DNA from: Pseudomonadota bacterium
GTDB lineage: Bacteria; Pseudomonadota; Alphaproteobacteria; Rickettsiales; UBA8987
NCBI GenBank assembly: GCA_048498735.1
Contig: JBEHXK010000008.1
Coordinates: 2,604 to 66,603, forward strand
Direction: 5' to 3'
Length of the DNA stretch: 64,000 bases
The notes under the pieces were generated by a model. The model had not been told where the DNA came from. It did no database searches and was given only the letters and a program-made list of their open reading frames with translations. Numbering within the stretch: position 1 is the first letter of the stretch; each line of letters starts with the position of its first letter. Below, piece by piece: positions 49,429 through 60,250 of the stretch. The translations under genes were made by a program, and so were the position numbers.

Positions 49429-50747
49429 TGTTTGGAAAGAAGCGGACTCCACGCTGGATCAGAAGCATCAGTTTCGGTCGGGATCTTCATCAGATTATAA
49501 CCGGTTATATCAACGCTATAAATATAGCTATGTTCTGGTTGTGAACCGCTACCAGGCGTTGTGCGGGTAAATATTATCACCCTGCCATTCGGGCTCCATG
49601 TCGGGCCTTCATCCAGATAGCTTTCAGTAAGTAGTCTTTCACCACTGCCATCCGGTTTCATCACGCCTATATAGAATTTGCCGCCAAGTTGTTTGGTAAA
49701 TGCCACCAAGTCGCCGCGTGGGGACCACACAGGCGTTGTATAGCGGCCGCTGCCATGACTTATTCTCTGTACATTGCCACCATCGCTATCCATTACATAA
49801 ATCTGTTGAGTGCCTTCACGATCAGAGTTAAAGGCAACTTTTTTATCATCAGGTGAGAATGAAGGCGATGTATCGATCGCAGGATTGCTGGTTATTTTGC
49901 TGGCGCGGTGCGAGCCGAGATCCATAACATAAATATCACTATTACCTTCAACAGAAACGGAGAATATTGCCTTGTTGCCATCATTTGAAAAACGTGGTGC
50001 GAAGCTCATGCCAGGCAATTGACCTATGATCTGTTCATTTCCAGTCGAAAGGTCATATATATTAACCGAAGGCTGGCGGGTTCTATATGATAGATAGATC
50101 AAACGCTGCATATTAGGATTAAAGCGCGGTGTAAGCACCAGGCTGCGACCTGAGGTCAGGAACATATTATTGGCACCATCTTGGTCCATGATCGCCAGGC
50201 GCTTTACTCTGCGGCGAAGATCGCCGGTTTCAGCAACATAGACAATGCGTGTATCAAAATAACCTTTTTCGCCGGTCAGATATTCATAGATATCATCAGC
50301 TATCAGGTGAGAAATCCTTCTCCAGCCTTGGCTCGAAGCCTTGAAAGATTTTGCCAATGTCTGTTTGCCGGAAACAATGTCCCACAAGCGATATTGCACT
50401 TTAACGGAATCCCCTTCAACAGTGATCTGCCCGGAAAGAAGGGCCTGTGCCCTTAAATTTTTCCAGCTTGGAAAATCAGGAACGGTATCTATACCACTAA
50501 TCTTTTGTATATATGCGTTTTTGTTAATAACGGTAAAAAGGCCGGAGCGACTAAGGTCATTATTAATTACTTCGGTGATCCTTGAGCCAAGATTTGCAGA
50601 TGTCTGGTCGGTGCCAACGAAGTCAGGCAGGGCAATACGAACAGGTTCTGAGCTGCCTTGGGTGATATCTATTTTCAGCACGGCATGGCTTTGCGCCGGG
50701 AAAATTAGCAGGATAGTTAAAAAAAACAGGGTTTTTGCAATTTTCAT
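49425..50747 (-). CDS. tolB: Tol-Pal periplasmic beta-propeller TolB
   Basis: Signal peptide; DL.RSGLF, LTGEKGYFDTRI, LAIMDQDGAN, P.WSP repeats and ASDPAWSP. Confidence 0.96.
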   Translation of the reverse strand: MKIAKTLFFLTILLIFPAQSHAVLKIDITQGSSEPVRIALPDFVGTDQTSANLGSRITEVINNDLSRSGLFTVINKNAYIQKISGIDTVPDFPSWKNLRAQALLSGQITVEGDSVKVQYRLWDIVSGKQTLAKSFKASSQGWRRISHLIADDIYEYLTGEKGYFDTRIVYVAETGDLRRRVKRLAIMDQDGANNMFLTSGRSLVLTPRFNPNMQRLIYLSYRTRQPSVNIYDLSTGNEQIIGQLPGMSFAPRFSNDGNKAIFSVSVEGNSDIYVMDLGSHRASKITSNPAIDTSPSFSPDDKKVAFNSDREGTQQIYVMDSDGGNVQRISHGSGRYTTPVWSPRGDLVAFTKQLGGKFYIGVMKPDGSGERLLTESYLDEGPTWSPNGRVIIFTRTTPGSGSQPEHSYIYSVDITGYNLMKIPTETDASDPAWSPLLSKQ

Positions 50748-50863
50748 AGTGATTTTTCTGACAGATTTTCTATAAAGTTTCCGCGCCTATCTTATAAAGG
50801 CGAAATATAAAAAAACAATATTTTGTAAAATTTATAACCTGTTTAGATAATTTTTATAGTTAA

Positions 50864-51973
50864 ATGAGCCTTAGCCGCAAAGATGAAGAGAAGATTTTAT
50901 CGCCTGAATTTCTTGATGAAATTAAAAGGGTGAGGGAGCAGCGTGGCATTTCTATCGAAGAAATCGCTGAGCGAATAAACATTAAAGCTTCATATATCAA
51001 AGCCATTGAAGAGGGTGATCTGGCAAGGCTTCCTGGCGGGATATATAATAAAGCCTACATAAAAAGTGTTTCAGAATTTCTAGGCATCAATATGAAGCCT
51101 TATGAGAGGAGTGTTGAAGCTGATGAGTTCATTAAAGACCGTGAAGTTCGTATTGAGCTTGGCCGCCCGACAAATGCAAGTATACCAACTAAATCTATAA
51201 TAATTGGCTGTATTTTCGTTATATTTGTTCTCTATTCATTGTTTTATGGCCCGCGTGTTTCTAAGAAAGAACAGGTCAATAACGCCATAGAAAACTATAC
51301 AGAAACCCAGAACAAAAAAGCTGAAGAGCAGATGAAGGCGACGCAAGATCCGCAGCAGCAACTTGCTATACAAACCGATCTTCAGGCAAAAGTTGGTGAT
51401 CCGCAAAATCTTATAAAACAGATCCCGCAAGTTTCTCCAATACAGAGAGATACACAGGATTATGTTGGTAAAGAATTGGTAATAACATTATTAGCCACTG
51501 CAAAAAATAAGGTGTTGGTGAAAGATCTTTATGGTCGTGTGATCATAAATAAGGAAATGGACCCAAGTGAAGCAGCGATGATAAATGGCTCTTCACAGTA
51601 TTACCTAATGACGGATAATATAAATACGCTTGATATATATCTTGATGGTGTTCAGATAAAAGATGTCAATAAATTACAAAAAAACGGAACTGCATATCTT
51701 CTGAAAGCTGATGATATGACAAACGTGGCTGAAGCACAGCCCTATGAAGGTGTGAAGCCACAGAACCAAAATCCAAATGCTGTTGTTCCACAAGCTGCTA
51801 ATATTGATAGTACAAAACAGCCTGCAGCTTCTGCGGCTTCTGTGACAACGAACATAGTAACTCCTGCAACCGCAGCGCCTGTTACGCCTGCAGCATCACC
51901 TGTAGCTATAAAAGCTCCGGCTAATACAAATGCAAATAATCCGCAAAATAACGCAAAAAGTTCAGGTAGGTAA
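50864..51973 (+). CDS. rodZ: RodZ-like HTH membrane protein with an Ala/Pro/Asn-rich tail
   Basis: HTH segment '[16 protein letters not shown]', a single TM, and position upstream of ispG-hisS. Confidence 0.8.
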   Translation: MSLSRKDEEKILSPEFLDEIKRVREQRGISIEEIAERINIKASYIKAIEEGDLARLPGGIYNKAYIKSVSEFLGINMKPYERSVEADEFIKDREVRIELGRPTNASIPTKSIIIGCIFVIFVLYSLFYGPRVSKKEQVNNAIENYTETQNKKAEEQMKATQDPQQQLAIQTDLQAKVGDPQNLIKQIPQVSPIQRDTQDYVGKELVITLLATAKNKVLVKDLYGRVIINKEMDPSEAAMINGSSQYYLMTDNINTLDIYLDGVQIKDVNKLQKNGTAYLLKADDMTNVAEAQPYEGVKPQNQNPNAVVPQAANIDSTKQPAASAASVTTNIVTPATAAPVTPAASPVAIKAPANTNANNPQNNAKSSGR

Positions 51974-53150
51974 CGTATATATCGGTGGAGGTGAGCCGGT
52001 TGTCGTTCAATCCATGACCAACACTGATACGGCAGATGCCGCGGCCACTGCCGCGCAGATAAAAGAGCTTTGGCAGGCCGGCTCTGAAATAGTTCGTATC
52101 ACTGTTAATAATGAAGAATCTGCAAGAGCAGTTCCTCAAATAAAAGAAATTCTATTAAAGGATAATTGCCCGGCACCGATGGTTGGTGATTTCCATTATA
52201 ATGGTCACCGTCTTCTTACAGATTTTCCTGACTGCGCAAAGGCGCTCGATAAATATCGCATAAATCCAGGAAATGTTGGATTTGGAAAAAAGAAAGATGC
52301 TCAATTTGAAGTGATGGTAGAAAAGGCGATAGAATATAACAAGCCTGTGCGTATTGGTGTTAACTGGGGTAGTTTGGATCAGGAAGTTGTTGTTAAGATG
52401 ATGGATGAAAACACCCGTTCGGCAAAACCTAAAAGCGCTGATGATATAATGAAGGAAGCGCTGATTGAATCAGCATTGATCAGTGCAAAAAAAGCCGAAG
52501 AGATTGGACTCGGTTCGGATAAAATAGTTATTTCTGCAAAAGTCAGTCGCGTTCAACATTTGATAGATGTCTATTCGGAACTTTCAAAACGCAGTAACTA
52601 TGCACTTCATTTAGGTTTAACTGAAGCTGGTATGGGAAATAAAGGCGTGGTTGCGACAACTGCTGCTTTAAGTTTTTTACTTAATAATGGAATAGGCGAT
52701 ACAATTCGCGCTTCACTGACTCCACGCCCAGGGGAAAGCAGAACGGTTGAGGTCAAAACCTGTCAGGAAATTTTGCAGACTCTTGGTTTGCGTTCATTCA
52801 CGCCACAAGTAACTGCATGCCCGGGTTGTGGGCGCACTACCAGCACTTTCTTCCAGGAGTTGGCAGAAAAAATCCAATTATTTTTGGCAAATTCTATGCC
52901 TGCATGGAAAGAGAAATATGCTGGTGTAGAAACGCTTAATGTCGCTGTGATGGGTTGTATTGTTAATGGGCCGGGTGAGAGTAAACATGCGGACATAGGT
53001 ATATCACTTCCTGGTACTGGTGAATCGCCAGTGGCACCTGTATTTATTGATGGAAAAAAAGTTCATACATTACGTGGTGATAAAATAGCTGAAGAATTTG
53101 AAATAATCGTGATAGATTACATTAACAATCGTTTTGGCAAGGCAGCATAA
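51930..53150 (+). CDS. ispG: HMBPP synthase (MEP pathway)
   Basis: [36 protein letters not shown] and [10 protein letters not shown] motifs. Confidence 0.97.
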   Translation: MQIIRKITQKVQVGNVYIGGGEPVVVQSMTNTDTADAAATAAQIKELWQAGSEIVRITVNNEESARAVPQIKEILLKDNCPAPMVGDFHYNGHRLLTDFPDCAKALDKYRINPGNVGFGKKKDAQFEVMVEKAIEYNKPVRIGVNWGSLDQEVVVKMMDENTRSAKPKSADDIMKEALIESALISAKKAEEIGLGSDKIVISAKVSRVQHLIDVYSELSKRSNYALHLGLTEAGMGNKGVVATTAALSFLLNNGIGDTIRASLTPRPGESRTVEVKTCQEILQTLGLRSFTPQVTACPGCGRTTSTFFQELAEKIQLFLANSMPAWKEKYAGVETLNVAVMGCIVNGPGESKHADIGISLPGTGESPVAPVFIDGKKVHTLRGDKIAEEFEIIVIDYINNRFGKAA

Positions 53151-53151
53151 T

Positions 53152-54372
53152 ATGAGCAAATTCCAACCAGTCAGGGGAACACAAGATATTTTTGGTGAGG
53201 CTGCAGTTGATTATCATCGCGTTCTTGGCATTGCCGGCAAGCTGGCAAATATTTATAATTACCAGAATATTCAACTGCCTATTTTTGAATCGACTGATGT
53301 TTTTGCCCGCACGCTTGGCGATGAAAGCGATATAGTTTCAAAGGAGATGTATAGTTTTGAAACCAAGGGCGGTGAGCAAATTACTTTACGCCCTGAATTT
53401 ACAGCAGGTGTGGTAAGGGCATTTATTTCAAATGGGATGCAACAGAATCTGCCATTGAAACTTTTTTCTTATGGCCCGGTGTTCCGATATGAAAGGCCGC
53501 AGAAAGGCAGATATCGTCAATTTCATCAGATTAATTTTGAATCATTAGGTGTAAAAGATTTTCATGCAGATGCAGAGATAATAATTCTTGCATCACAAAT
53601 ACTTTCAGAATTAGGAATTAAAGAAGGTGTGAAATTAAATATTAACTCATTGGGCGATAAAGAATCTCGCGAGGAATATACAAAATCTTTAGTTAAATAT
53701 TTTAGTGAACACGAATCAAAATTATCAGAGGACAGCAAACGCCGCCTGCGGAAAAATCCATTGAGAATATTAGATTCTAAGGATGAGGGTGATAGGGCTG
53801 TAATTGCCAATGCACCTTTAATGAGTGAGTTCTGGAACGAGGAATCAAAAAAATTCTTCTATGGAGTTTTAGAAAATATAAAAACAATTCCTTTTGAAGT
53901 TGTGATCAATCCAAAAATAGTTCGTGGACTGGATTACTATAACCATACTGTTTTTGAATTTATTTCTGAAAGCGGTGAGCTGGGTAGTCAGAACACTATT
54001 CTTGCTGGCGGTAGATACGATGGATTGATCGAACAAATGGGTGGTGTTGCAACGCCTGCAGTTGGCTTTGCAGCTGGTATTGAGAGATTAATGCTTTCAT
54101 TGCCTAAAAACGAAAATGAAAAAAATCTTATTGCTGTTATATCGGATTTTTCAGACAAGGCTCTGAGTGCTGCAACAGAATTAAGAAAAAATAATATTGC
54201 TACAGAAATTATTTCCACTGGTAATTTTAAAAAGAAAGTGCAAAAAGCAGATAAGCTTTCTGCATCTCATATTCTTTTTGTTTTTGAAGATGGTTATGAG
54301 TTAAAAAATATGAAAACCACTGAGCAGAAAAAAATTACTATTAACGAGTTGATAAATGAGTTTCGAAAATAA
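53152..54372 (+). CDS. hisS: Histidine--tRNA ligase
   Basis: [38 protein letters not shown] and GGRYD motifs; ATG at 53152. Confidence 0.97.
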   Translation: MSKFQPVRGTQDIFGEAAVDYHRVLGIAGKLANIYNYQNIQLPIFESTDVFARTLGDESDIVSKEMYSFETKGGEQITLRPEFTAGVVRAFISNGMQQNLPLKLFSYGPVFRYERPQKGRYRQFHQINFESLGVKDFHADAEIIILASQILSELGIKEGVKLNINSLGDKESREEYTKSLVKYFSEHESKLSEDSKRRLRKNPLRILDSKDEGDRAVIANAPLMSEFWNEESKKFFYGVLENIKTIPFEVVINPKIVRGLDYYNHTVFEFISESGELGSQNTILAGGRYDGLIEQMGGVATPAVGFAAGIERLMLSLPKNENEKNLIAVISDFSDKALSAATELRKNNIATEIISTGNFKKKVQKADKLSASHILFVFEDGYELKNMKTTEQKKITINELINEFRK

Positions 54373-55423
54373 ACTGGATTCAATCCTATCCAAACATAAG
54401 CAAATAGGCGATAAGCTTTCGAATCCAGATGGTCTGGACTCCAAGGATTTTGGGCGTTTATCCAAAGAATATTCAGACTTAACCAACGTGGTTAATGTTA
54501 TTGAAGAATATAAAAGCACCCAGAAAACATTAAATGATTCTGCTGAATTAATGAATGATCCTGAAATGAAAGCTCTGGCAGAAGAAGAATATTTTGAAGC
54601 AAAGAAGAATCTTCCGGAACTTGAAAAAAAGATAAAACTTGCACTCATTCCAAAAGATGAAGCAGATGAAAAGAACGTTATTCTTGAAATACGTGCAGGT
54701 ACGGGTGGTGAAGAGGCAGCACTTTTTGCGGATGATCTTTTAAATATGTATCAACGCTATGCGCAGAATCAGGGTTGGAAATTTGAGATATTGGAACACT
54801 CACCGAGCGACACGGGCGGTAGCCGTGAGGTAATATGCAATATTACGGGTAACAGCGTTTATGCAAAATTAAAATTCGAATCAGGCGTGCATAGGGTTCA
54901 GCGCGTTCCTACAACTGAAAATCAGGGCAGAGTACATACATCTGCAGCAACAGTTGCAGTTCTTCCAGAAGCTGAAGAAGTTGATATTAAGATCGAAGAA
55001 AAGGATCTGAGAATTGACGTATATCGCTCGTCAGGTCCGGGTGGGCAATCAGTGAACACTACAGATTCTGCAGTTCGTATAACGCACATACCAACTAACA
55101 CGGTTGTTGCATGCCAGGATGAGAAATCTCAGCATAAAAATAAAGCTAAAGCGATGAAAATTTTGAAATCGCGTATTTATGAAAATATTCGTCATCAGCA
55201 GGAAATGGAAAGATCTGCAGCACGTAAAACGCAAGTTGGAAGCGGAGATAGATCAGAGCGCATAAGAACCTATAATTTTCCGCAAAGCCGTGTTACTGAT
55301 CACAGGATTAATCTGACAACTTATAATATTGATAAGGTTGTGGGTGCAGGTGAGATAGAAGATTTTATCGAAGCGCTGATAGCGGACGATCAGGCACAAA
55401 AGCTTTCCCAGGAAACGGAGTAG
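54356..55423 (+). CDS. prfA: Peptide chain release factor 1
   Basis: [21 protein letters not shown] (PxT), GPGGQ and RTYNFPQ motifs. Confidence 0.97.
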   Translation: MSFENKLDSILSKHKQIGDKLSNPDGLDSKDFGRLSKEYSDLTNVVNVIEEYKSTQKTLNDSAELMNDPEMKALAEEEYFEAKKNLPELEKKIKLALIPKDEADEKNVILEIRAGTGGEEAALFADDLLNMYQRYAQNQGWKFEILEHSPSDTGGSREVICNITGNSVYAKLKFESGVHRVQRVPTTENQGRVHTSAATVAVLPEAEEVDIKIEEKDLRIDVYRSSGPGGQSVNTTDSAVRITHIPTNTVVACQDEKSQHKNKAKAMKILKSRIYENIRHQQEMERSAARKTQVGSGDRSERIRTYNFPQSRVTDHRINLTTYNIDKVVGAGEIEDFIEALIADDQAQKLSQETE

Positions 55424-55426
55424 ATC

Positions 55427-56311
55427 GTGAGCAATCAGGATCCTAAATACCTAAAATATGTATGGAAAGATGCTGCTTTGCGCCTGAGAACCGTCGGGAT
55501 AAAAACTTCTCTACTTGACTCCAGGCTTTTACTGCAGGAAGTTTTAGGGATTAACTATGAGCAGCTTCTGGTTTCTGCAACGCGTATAGTAACAGATGAA
55601 GAGCTGGTGAAATTTGATTCGTTACTTGCGCGCCGTGTCAGACGTGAGCCTATATCGAAGATATTAGGCCGTAAGGATTTCTGGAAATATACATTTAAAA
55701 CTACGCCTGATACACTAGATCCAAGGCCCGAAAGTGAAACGCTTATCGAATCGGTTTTAAATGAATATAAAGACCATAATCGGGATTTGAAGATATTAGA
55801 TCTTGGTGCGGGAACCGGATGCCTTTCAATTACATTGCTGAAAGAATATCCAAATGCCAGTGCATTGGGTGTTGATATATCGATCGAAGCACTAAAAATT
55901 GCAGGCGAGAATGCTCAAAATCTTGAAGTTGCTGACCGTATAAATTTTATTAAAGGCAACTGGACTCAAGGCATTGAAGAAAAATTTGATATTATAATCT
56001 CTAACCCGCCTTACATAAAAACCCGCCAGATAGATTATCTTTCGGATGAAGTAAGGCTGTATGACCCGCGAACAGCTCTGGACGGTGGTATTGATGGTTT
56101 AGATGCGTATAAGGAAATATTTGACCAGGTTGAGCATGTAATGAACAGCCATACCCGTATTTTTATAGAAATTGGTAAATGGCAGGAAGAAGACATAATC
56201 AATCTGATCAAGGAAAAAGGTTTTGAGATCCACGAAGTTAGAAAAGATATTTTAGGGATCCCTAGAGTGATATGCTTCAATAAGCCATATCTGAAAGTGG
56301 TAAAACACTAA
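55427..56311 (+). CDS. prmC: Release factor glutamine methyltransferase
   Basis: EP...I.G...FW, PRPESE, LDLGAGTG, SNPPYI and ALDGG.DGL motifs; GTG start. Confidence 0.95.
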   Translation: MSNQDPKYLKYVWKDAALRLRTVGIKTSLLDSRLLLQEVLGINYEQLLVSATRIVTDEELVKFDSLLARRVRREPISKILGRKDFWKYTFKTTPDTLDPRPESETLIESVLNEYKDHNRDLKILDLGAGTGCLSITLLKEYPNASALGVDISIEALKIAGENAQNLEVADRINFIKGNWTQGIEEKFDIIISNPPYIKTRQIDYLSDEVRLYDPRTALDGGIDGLDAYKEIFDQVEHVMNSHTRIFIEIGKWQEEDIINLIKEKGFEIHEVRKDILGIPRVICFNKPYLKVVKH

Positions 56312-57270
56312 TTGCCGTAATACGATTTATACCATTCAATAAAATTACTTAAGCCGGCTTCTATTGAGGTTGTTGGCTGAAAGCCCAGATCTTTCTGGCT
56401 TTCGCTGATATCAGCATAAGTCTGATAAACATCACCTTTCTGCATAGGCTCATTTTCGATAATAGCTTTTTTGCCTATAAGATTTTCTAACGTTGAAACA
56501 AAATATTTCACATCAACAGGTTTATTATTACCAAGATTATATACTTTATGAAATTGCGGCTTTTTGCCCATGCAGGCAATTATTCCAGAAATTATATCAT
56601 CTATATAAGTAAAATCCCTTTTCAGATTCCCTGAATTGAAAAGCTTTATTGGCTTGCCAGCCATTATGTTTTTAGTGAAAGAAAAATATGCCATGTCGGG
56701 TCTGCCATAAGGACCATACACGGTGAAAAACCTTAATCCTATAGAGGGTATTTTAAAGGTGTTTGCGTAATAATGGCCGATCAATTCACAAGATTTTTTT
56801 GTGGCGGCGTAAAGTGAAACCGGTTTATCGGTTTCATTATCAATGGCAAAAGGTGTTTTATCGCTATTGCCGTAAACTGAGCTGGAGCTTGCATAAAGTA
56901 AGTTTTGCAATTCAGGTAAAAAGTTTTTTGCCGCTTCAAATATTACCGTCTGCCCAGTTACATTGCTCTGTATATAAGCAAAAGGATTTTCCAGGCTATA
57001 TCTGACACCAGCCTGGGCCGCCAGATGTATGATGGTTTTAATTTTATTATGTTTTTTAAATATTTCAGAGATTTTTTCGTAATCTGAGATATCGGCCTGG
57101 TAGAAGGTGAAATTATTCTGATCTTTTAGGATAGAAAGGCGTGAATGTTTTAAAGAGGTATCGTAATAATCATTAATGCTATCAATACCGATTACTTCAT
57201 GACCCCGTTGCAATAAGGTGTTAGTAAGGTGAAAACCTATAAATCCTGCGGCACCCGTAACTACTATCAT
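56308..57270 (-). CDS. NAD-dependent epimerase, UDP-glucuronate 4-epimerase-like
   Basis: TGAAGFIG, HLAAQAGVRYS, YASSSSVYG, YAATK and FFTVYGPYGRPDMA motifs. Confidence 0.9.
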   Translation of the reverse strand: MIVVTGAAGFIGFHLTNTLLQRGHEVIGIDSINDYYDTSLKHSRLSILKDQNNFTFYQADISDYEKISEIFKKHNKIKTIIHLAAQAGVRYSLENPFAYIQSNVTGQTVIFEAAKNFLPELQNLLYASSSSVYGNSDKTPFAIDNETDKPVSLYAATKKSCELIGHYYANTFKIPSIGLRFFTVYGPYGRPDMAYFSFTKNIMAGKPIKLFNSGNLKRDFTYIDDIISGIIACMGKKPQFHKVYNLGNNKPVDVKYFVSTLENLIGKKAIIENEPMQKGDVYQTYADISESQKDLGFQPTTSIEAGLSNFIEWYKSYYGN

Positions 57271-58793
57271 TCAGAATAACCATCTACATAAACGCCTTCG
57301 AAATTACCGAAGCGGGTTGTGTTCTTATCAAAGAACAGGCGCACGTTACCTATTGGGCCGTTACGGTTCTTCGAGATCAAGATATCAGATACGTTATCGA
57401 TCTTAGACATGGTTTCCTGCCATCTTTGCATTGCTTCCATATCATCGTCAGAAGGTTTTTCCCTTTCCTTATAATAAGCCTCACGATAGATGAACATTAC
57501 GATATCGGCATCTTGTTCGATCGAGCCAGATTCACGAAGATCAGATAATTGCGGGCGCTTATCAGGGCGTTGTTCAACCTGCCTTGAAAGCTGAGATAGA
57601 GCAATTACAGGAATATCAAGTTCCTTTGCGATTGCTTTCAAGCCCATAGTGATCTCTGAGATCTCCTGTACGCGGCTTGCTTCAGATTTTTTCTCTACAC
57701 CACGAATAAGCTGAAGATAATCTATGACCAACATTGAAAGTTCATGCCTTCTCTTTAAACGGCGCGCTCTGGTGCGTATAGCAGAAATTGAAAGTGCCGG
57801 AGTATCATCAATGAACATCGGCAGGCCCTGCAACTCAGATGATGCATCAAGAAGTTTGCGGAATTCATCATTATGTGGTGATTTATTTAATTTTCCGCGC
57901 CTGATATTTGCAGCATTGATATCAGTTTTCATAGAAAGCATACGGGTTGCCAACTGTTCTGCAGACATCTCTAACGAAATAACGCCAACAGAACCAAGTT
58001 TTGGCTCTTCAGCAGATTGAGGGTTTAATTTATATTCTTCCAGCTGCTTCTCATATTCAGTTTTTAGGTATTTTGCTGCGTTGAATGCAAAATTGATCGC
58101 AAGTGCAGTTTTACCCATAGAAGGACGTGCCGCGAGAATTATCAAATCAGATTTGTTGAAACCACCAAGCAGCGCATCAATATCTTTAAAAGAACTTTGT
58201 ATGCCGCTGATCGCACCATCGCGCTTTGAAGCCAGATCTGCAACTCTTATGGCAGTTTGAAGGGAGTTCCTGATTGGTGTAAAGTTCGTGTCAGAATAGC
58301 CTGTGCTTGCCAGGTTGAACAACATGCCCTCAGGCTTTTCAATCTGTGATGAGGCATTTTTCTCACCAGTGGAGTTATAGGCATCTTCTAAAAGTTCTTC
58401 ACCGATATTAATAAGTGAGCGACTTATGTGAAGGTTATAAACTATCCAGGCATAATCACGCACATTGATTATACCGCCTGCGAGACCTGTCAGTCGTAAT
58501 AAATAATTTGCACCGCCCGCTTCTTCCATTGCAGGATCATTGCTGAAGTGGTTTTTAAGAGTGACCGGATTTGCAATTATACCTTTTTCATAAAGGCCGG
58601 TAATTGCCTGATAGATTTTCTGGTGTAACGGTTCGTAAAAATGGTCCGCCAGAAGAAAATCAGCCACTTTGTTTATAGATTCGTTATTATTGAGAATTGC
58701 ACCAACAATGAACTGTTCGGCCTCAATATTATAAGGTGGTTTTTTGCTATCAACTGCGGTTTTTAATGCAACGATCTTTTTCTCAGCTTCCAT
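57267..58793 (-). CDS. dnaB: Replicative DNA helicase
   Basis: P.NIEAEQ, AARPSMGKT, SLEMSAEQL, IDYLQL and LSDLRESGSIEQDAD motifs; no intein. Confidence 0.97.
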   Translation of the reverse strand: MEAEKKIVALKTAVDSKKPPYNIEAEQFIVGAILNNNESINKVADFLLADHFYEPLHQKIYQAITGLYEKGIIANPVTLKNHFSNDPAMEEAGGANYLLRLTGLAGGIINVRDYAWIVYNLHISRSLINIGEELLEDAYNSTGEKNASSQIEKPEGMLFNLASTGYSDTNFTPIRNSLQTAIRVADLASKRDGAISGIQSSFKDIDALLGGFNKSDLIILAARPSMGKTALAINFAFNAAKYLKTEYEKQLEEYKLNPQSAEEPKLGSVGVISLEMSAEQLATRMLSMKTDINAANIRRGKLNKSPHNDEFRKLLDASSELQGLPMFIDDTPALSISAIRTRARRLKRRHELSMLVIDYLQLIRGVEKKSEASRVQEISEITMGLKAIAKELDIPVIALSQLSRQVEQRPDKRPQLSDLRESGSIEQDADIVMFIYREAYYKEREKPSDDDMEAMQRWQETMSKIDNVSDILISKNRNGPIGNVRLFFDKNTTRFGNFEGVYVDGYSE

Positions 58794-58858
58794 AGAAAAT
58801 ATGATTGGGAGATCAATAATAATATTATTAATCCCATTAGCAAGAAGCTAATTTATAA

Positions 58859-59479
58859 TTAGGCAGCCGGTTGTTCTTCAGTAGCAGATTCAGCAGAAGC
58901 TTCTTGAGCAGGTTTTGCTTCAGCTTCAGCTTTTTGAGGTTCAGCTTTTGTGCTAACAGATCTAAGATCGGAGTTAGCGGTAGTAAGCTGGATTTCACCA
59001 GATTTGAATTTCTTGGAAGATTCTTCAGCCTCACCTTCAGAACGTGCAACGTTCATATAGATTGAGCTGAATACGCCTTCACCAAGATCGATATCAATTT
59101 CATAGATACCGATGAACTTGATTGAATAGTTAAGGATAACTTGTTTACGAGTTATATCGCTGCCAAGTTTTTTAAGCTCATCAGCGATCTCATTAGAATG
59201 AACAGCGCCATAAAGCCTGCCATCATCACCAGCCTGTTTAATGATATTGATGATTTTACCTTTGATTTTAGAAGATAATTTGTTTGCAACTTCCTCTTTC
59301 TTTTTGCTTTCTTCAAGAAGCTCAGCTTTCCTTGCATCAAAATCAGCAATATTAGCTTTAGTAGCCTGCACAGCTTTACCATTTGGGATCAAATAGTTAC
59401 GTGCGAAACCATTTTTCACATCAATAACTTCACCAACTTGGCCAAGTTTCTTATATTTTTCTAATAAAATGACTTTCAT
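58859..59479 (-). CDS. rplI: 50S ribosomal protein L9
   Basis: MKVILLE..LG..G....VKNGFARNYLIP and G.LYG motifs; acidic C-terminal tail. Confidence 0.97.
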   Translation of the reverse strand: MKVILLEKYKKLGQVGEVIDVKNGFARNYLIPNGKAVQATKANIADFDARKAELLEESKKKEEVANKLSSKIKGKIINIIKQAGDDGRLYGAVHSNEIADELKKLGSDITRKQVILNYSIKFIGIYEIDIDLGEGVFSSIYMNVARSEGEAEESSKKFKSGEIQLTTANSDLRSVSTKAEPQKAEAEAKPAQEASAESATEEQPAA

Positions 59480-59499
59480 GACTTAAATCGCTTACTTAA

Positions 59500-59775
59500 T
59501 TAGTTGCTAACGAAAGGAATAAGGGCGATCATGCGTGCATTTTTAATAGCTTTCGCAAGTTCCCTTTGTTTTTTAGCGCTTACCGAAGTAATGCGCGAAG
59601 GAAGTATTTTACCTCTTTCAGAGATGAACTGTTTCAAAAGAGGAATGTTTTTATAATCGATCTTAGGAGCATTCTCACCAGAGAAAGGGCATTTTCTGAC
59701 CTTTCTAGAGAAAACCTGAGGTAACATAGCAGGATTTGCTATGTATTTCGATTCTTTGTTATTTTGATAAGCCAT
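59500..59775 (-). CDS. rpsR: 30S ribosomal protein S18
   Basis: [32 protein letters not shown] motif. Confidence 0.97.
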   Translation of the reverse strand: MAYQNNKESKYIANPAMLPQVFSRKVRKCPFSGENAPKIDYKNIPLLKQFISERGKILPSRITSVSAKKQRELAKAIKNARMIALIPFVSN

Positions 59776-59794
59776 TGTCTTGATACTCCAAATA

Positions 59795-60106
59795 TTATTC
59801 TAATTCAGTAGGTTCTTTAGAAATTTTTTCAACTTTAACAGTAAGGTCTCTAAGAACATCTTCGCTGATACGTAGTTTACGACGCAGTTCAGAGATCACA
59901 GCAGGTTTTGCCTCATATCCATAATGGACATAATGACCTTTTTTGCTTTTATTGATTTTGTAACCAAGGTCTCTTAAACCCCAGAATTCTTTTTTCGCGA
60001 TTTTACCGCCAGAAGTTATCACTTCTTCAAAGTTCGCAGCCACCTTCTCAACATCGCCGTGAGCAAGGTCTGGTCTGAATATTATTGTAGTCTCGTATAG
60101 TGCCAT
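59795..60106 (-). CDS. rpsF: 30S ribosomal protein S6
   Basis: MALYE...I.RPD and E.WG.R.L.Y.I.K..KGHY motifs. Confidence 0.96.
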   Translation of the reverse strand: MALYETTIIFRPDLAHGDVEKVAANFEEVITSGGKIAKKEFWGLRDLGYKINKSKKGHYVHYGYEAKPAVISELRRKLRISEDVLRDLTVKVEKISKEPTELE

Positions 60107-60174
60107 AAATTCAACATTAGTAGTTTAAGGAAGGCGGATAATACATATCTAAAAGCCATTTGCAACAAATATTT

Positions 60175-60203
60175 TTGACATATTTGGCCAATTAGCGCAT
60201 AAT
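60175..60203 (+). promoter_or_regulatory. Near-consensus sigma70 promoter of the DUF2336-like gene
   Basis: TTGACA-N17-CATAAT. A divergent TTGCAA-N16-TATTAT (60165-60138) could serve rpsF. Confidence 0.6.
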
Positions 60204-60250
60204 GCGCGGAACTTATTGAAATAGCCAGAAAAGAGCCCTAAAATACGCAT

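Noticed and set aside
57267-58793. Intein in DnaB (also checked RecA and ParC)
   Set aside because: Protein lengths are normal and there are no C...HN/(C,S,T) splice motifs; DnaB has only a short loop insertion.
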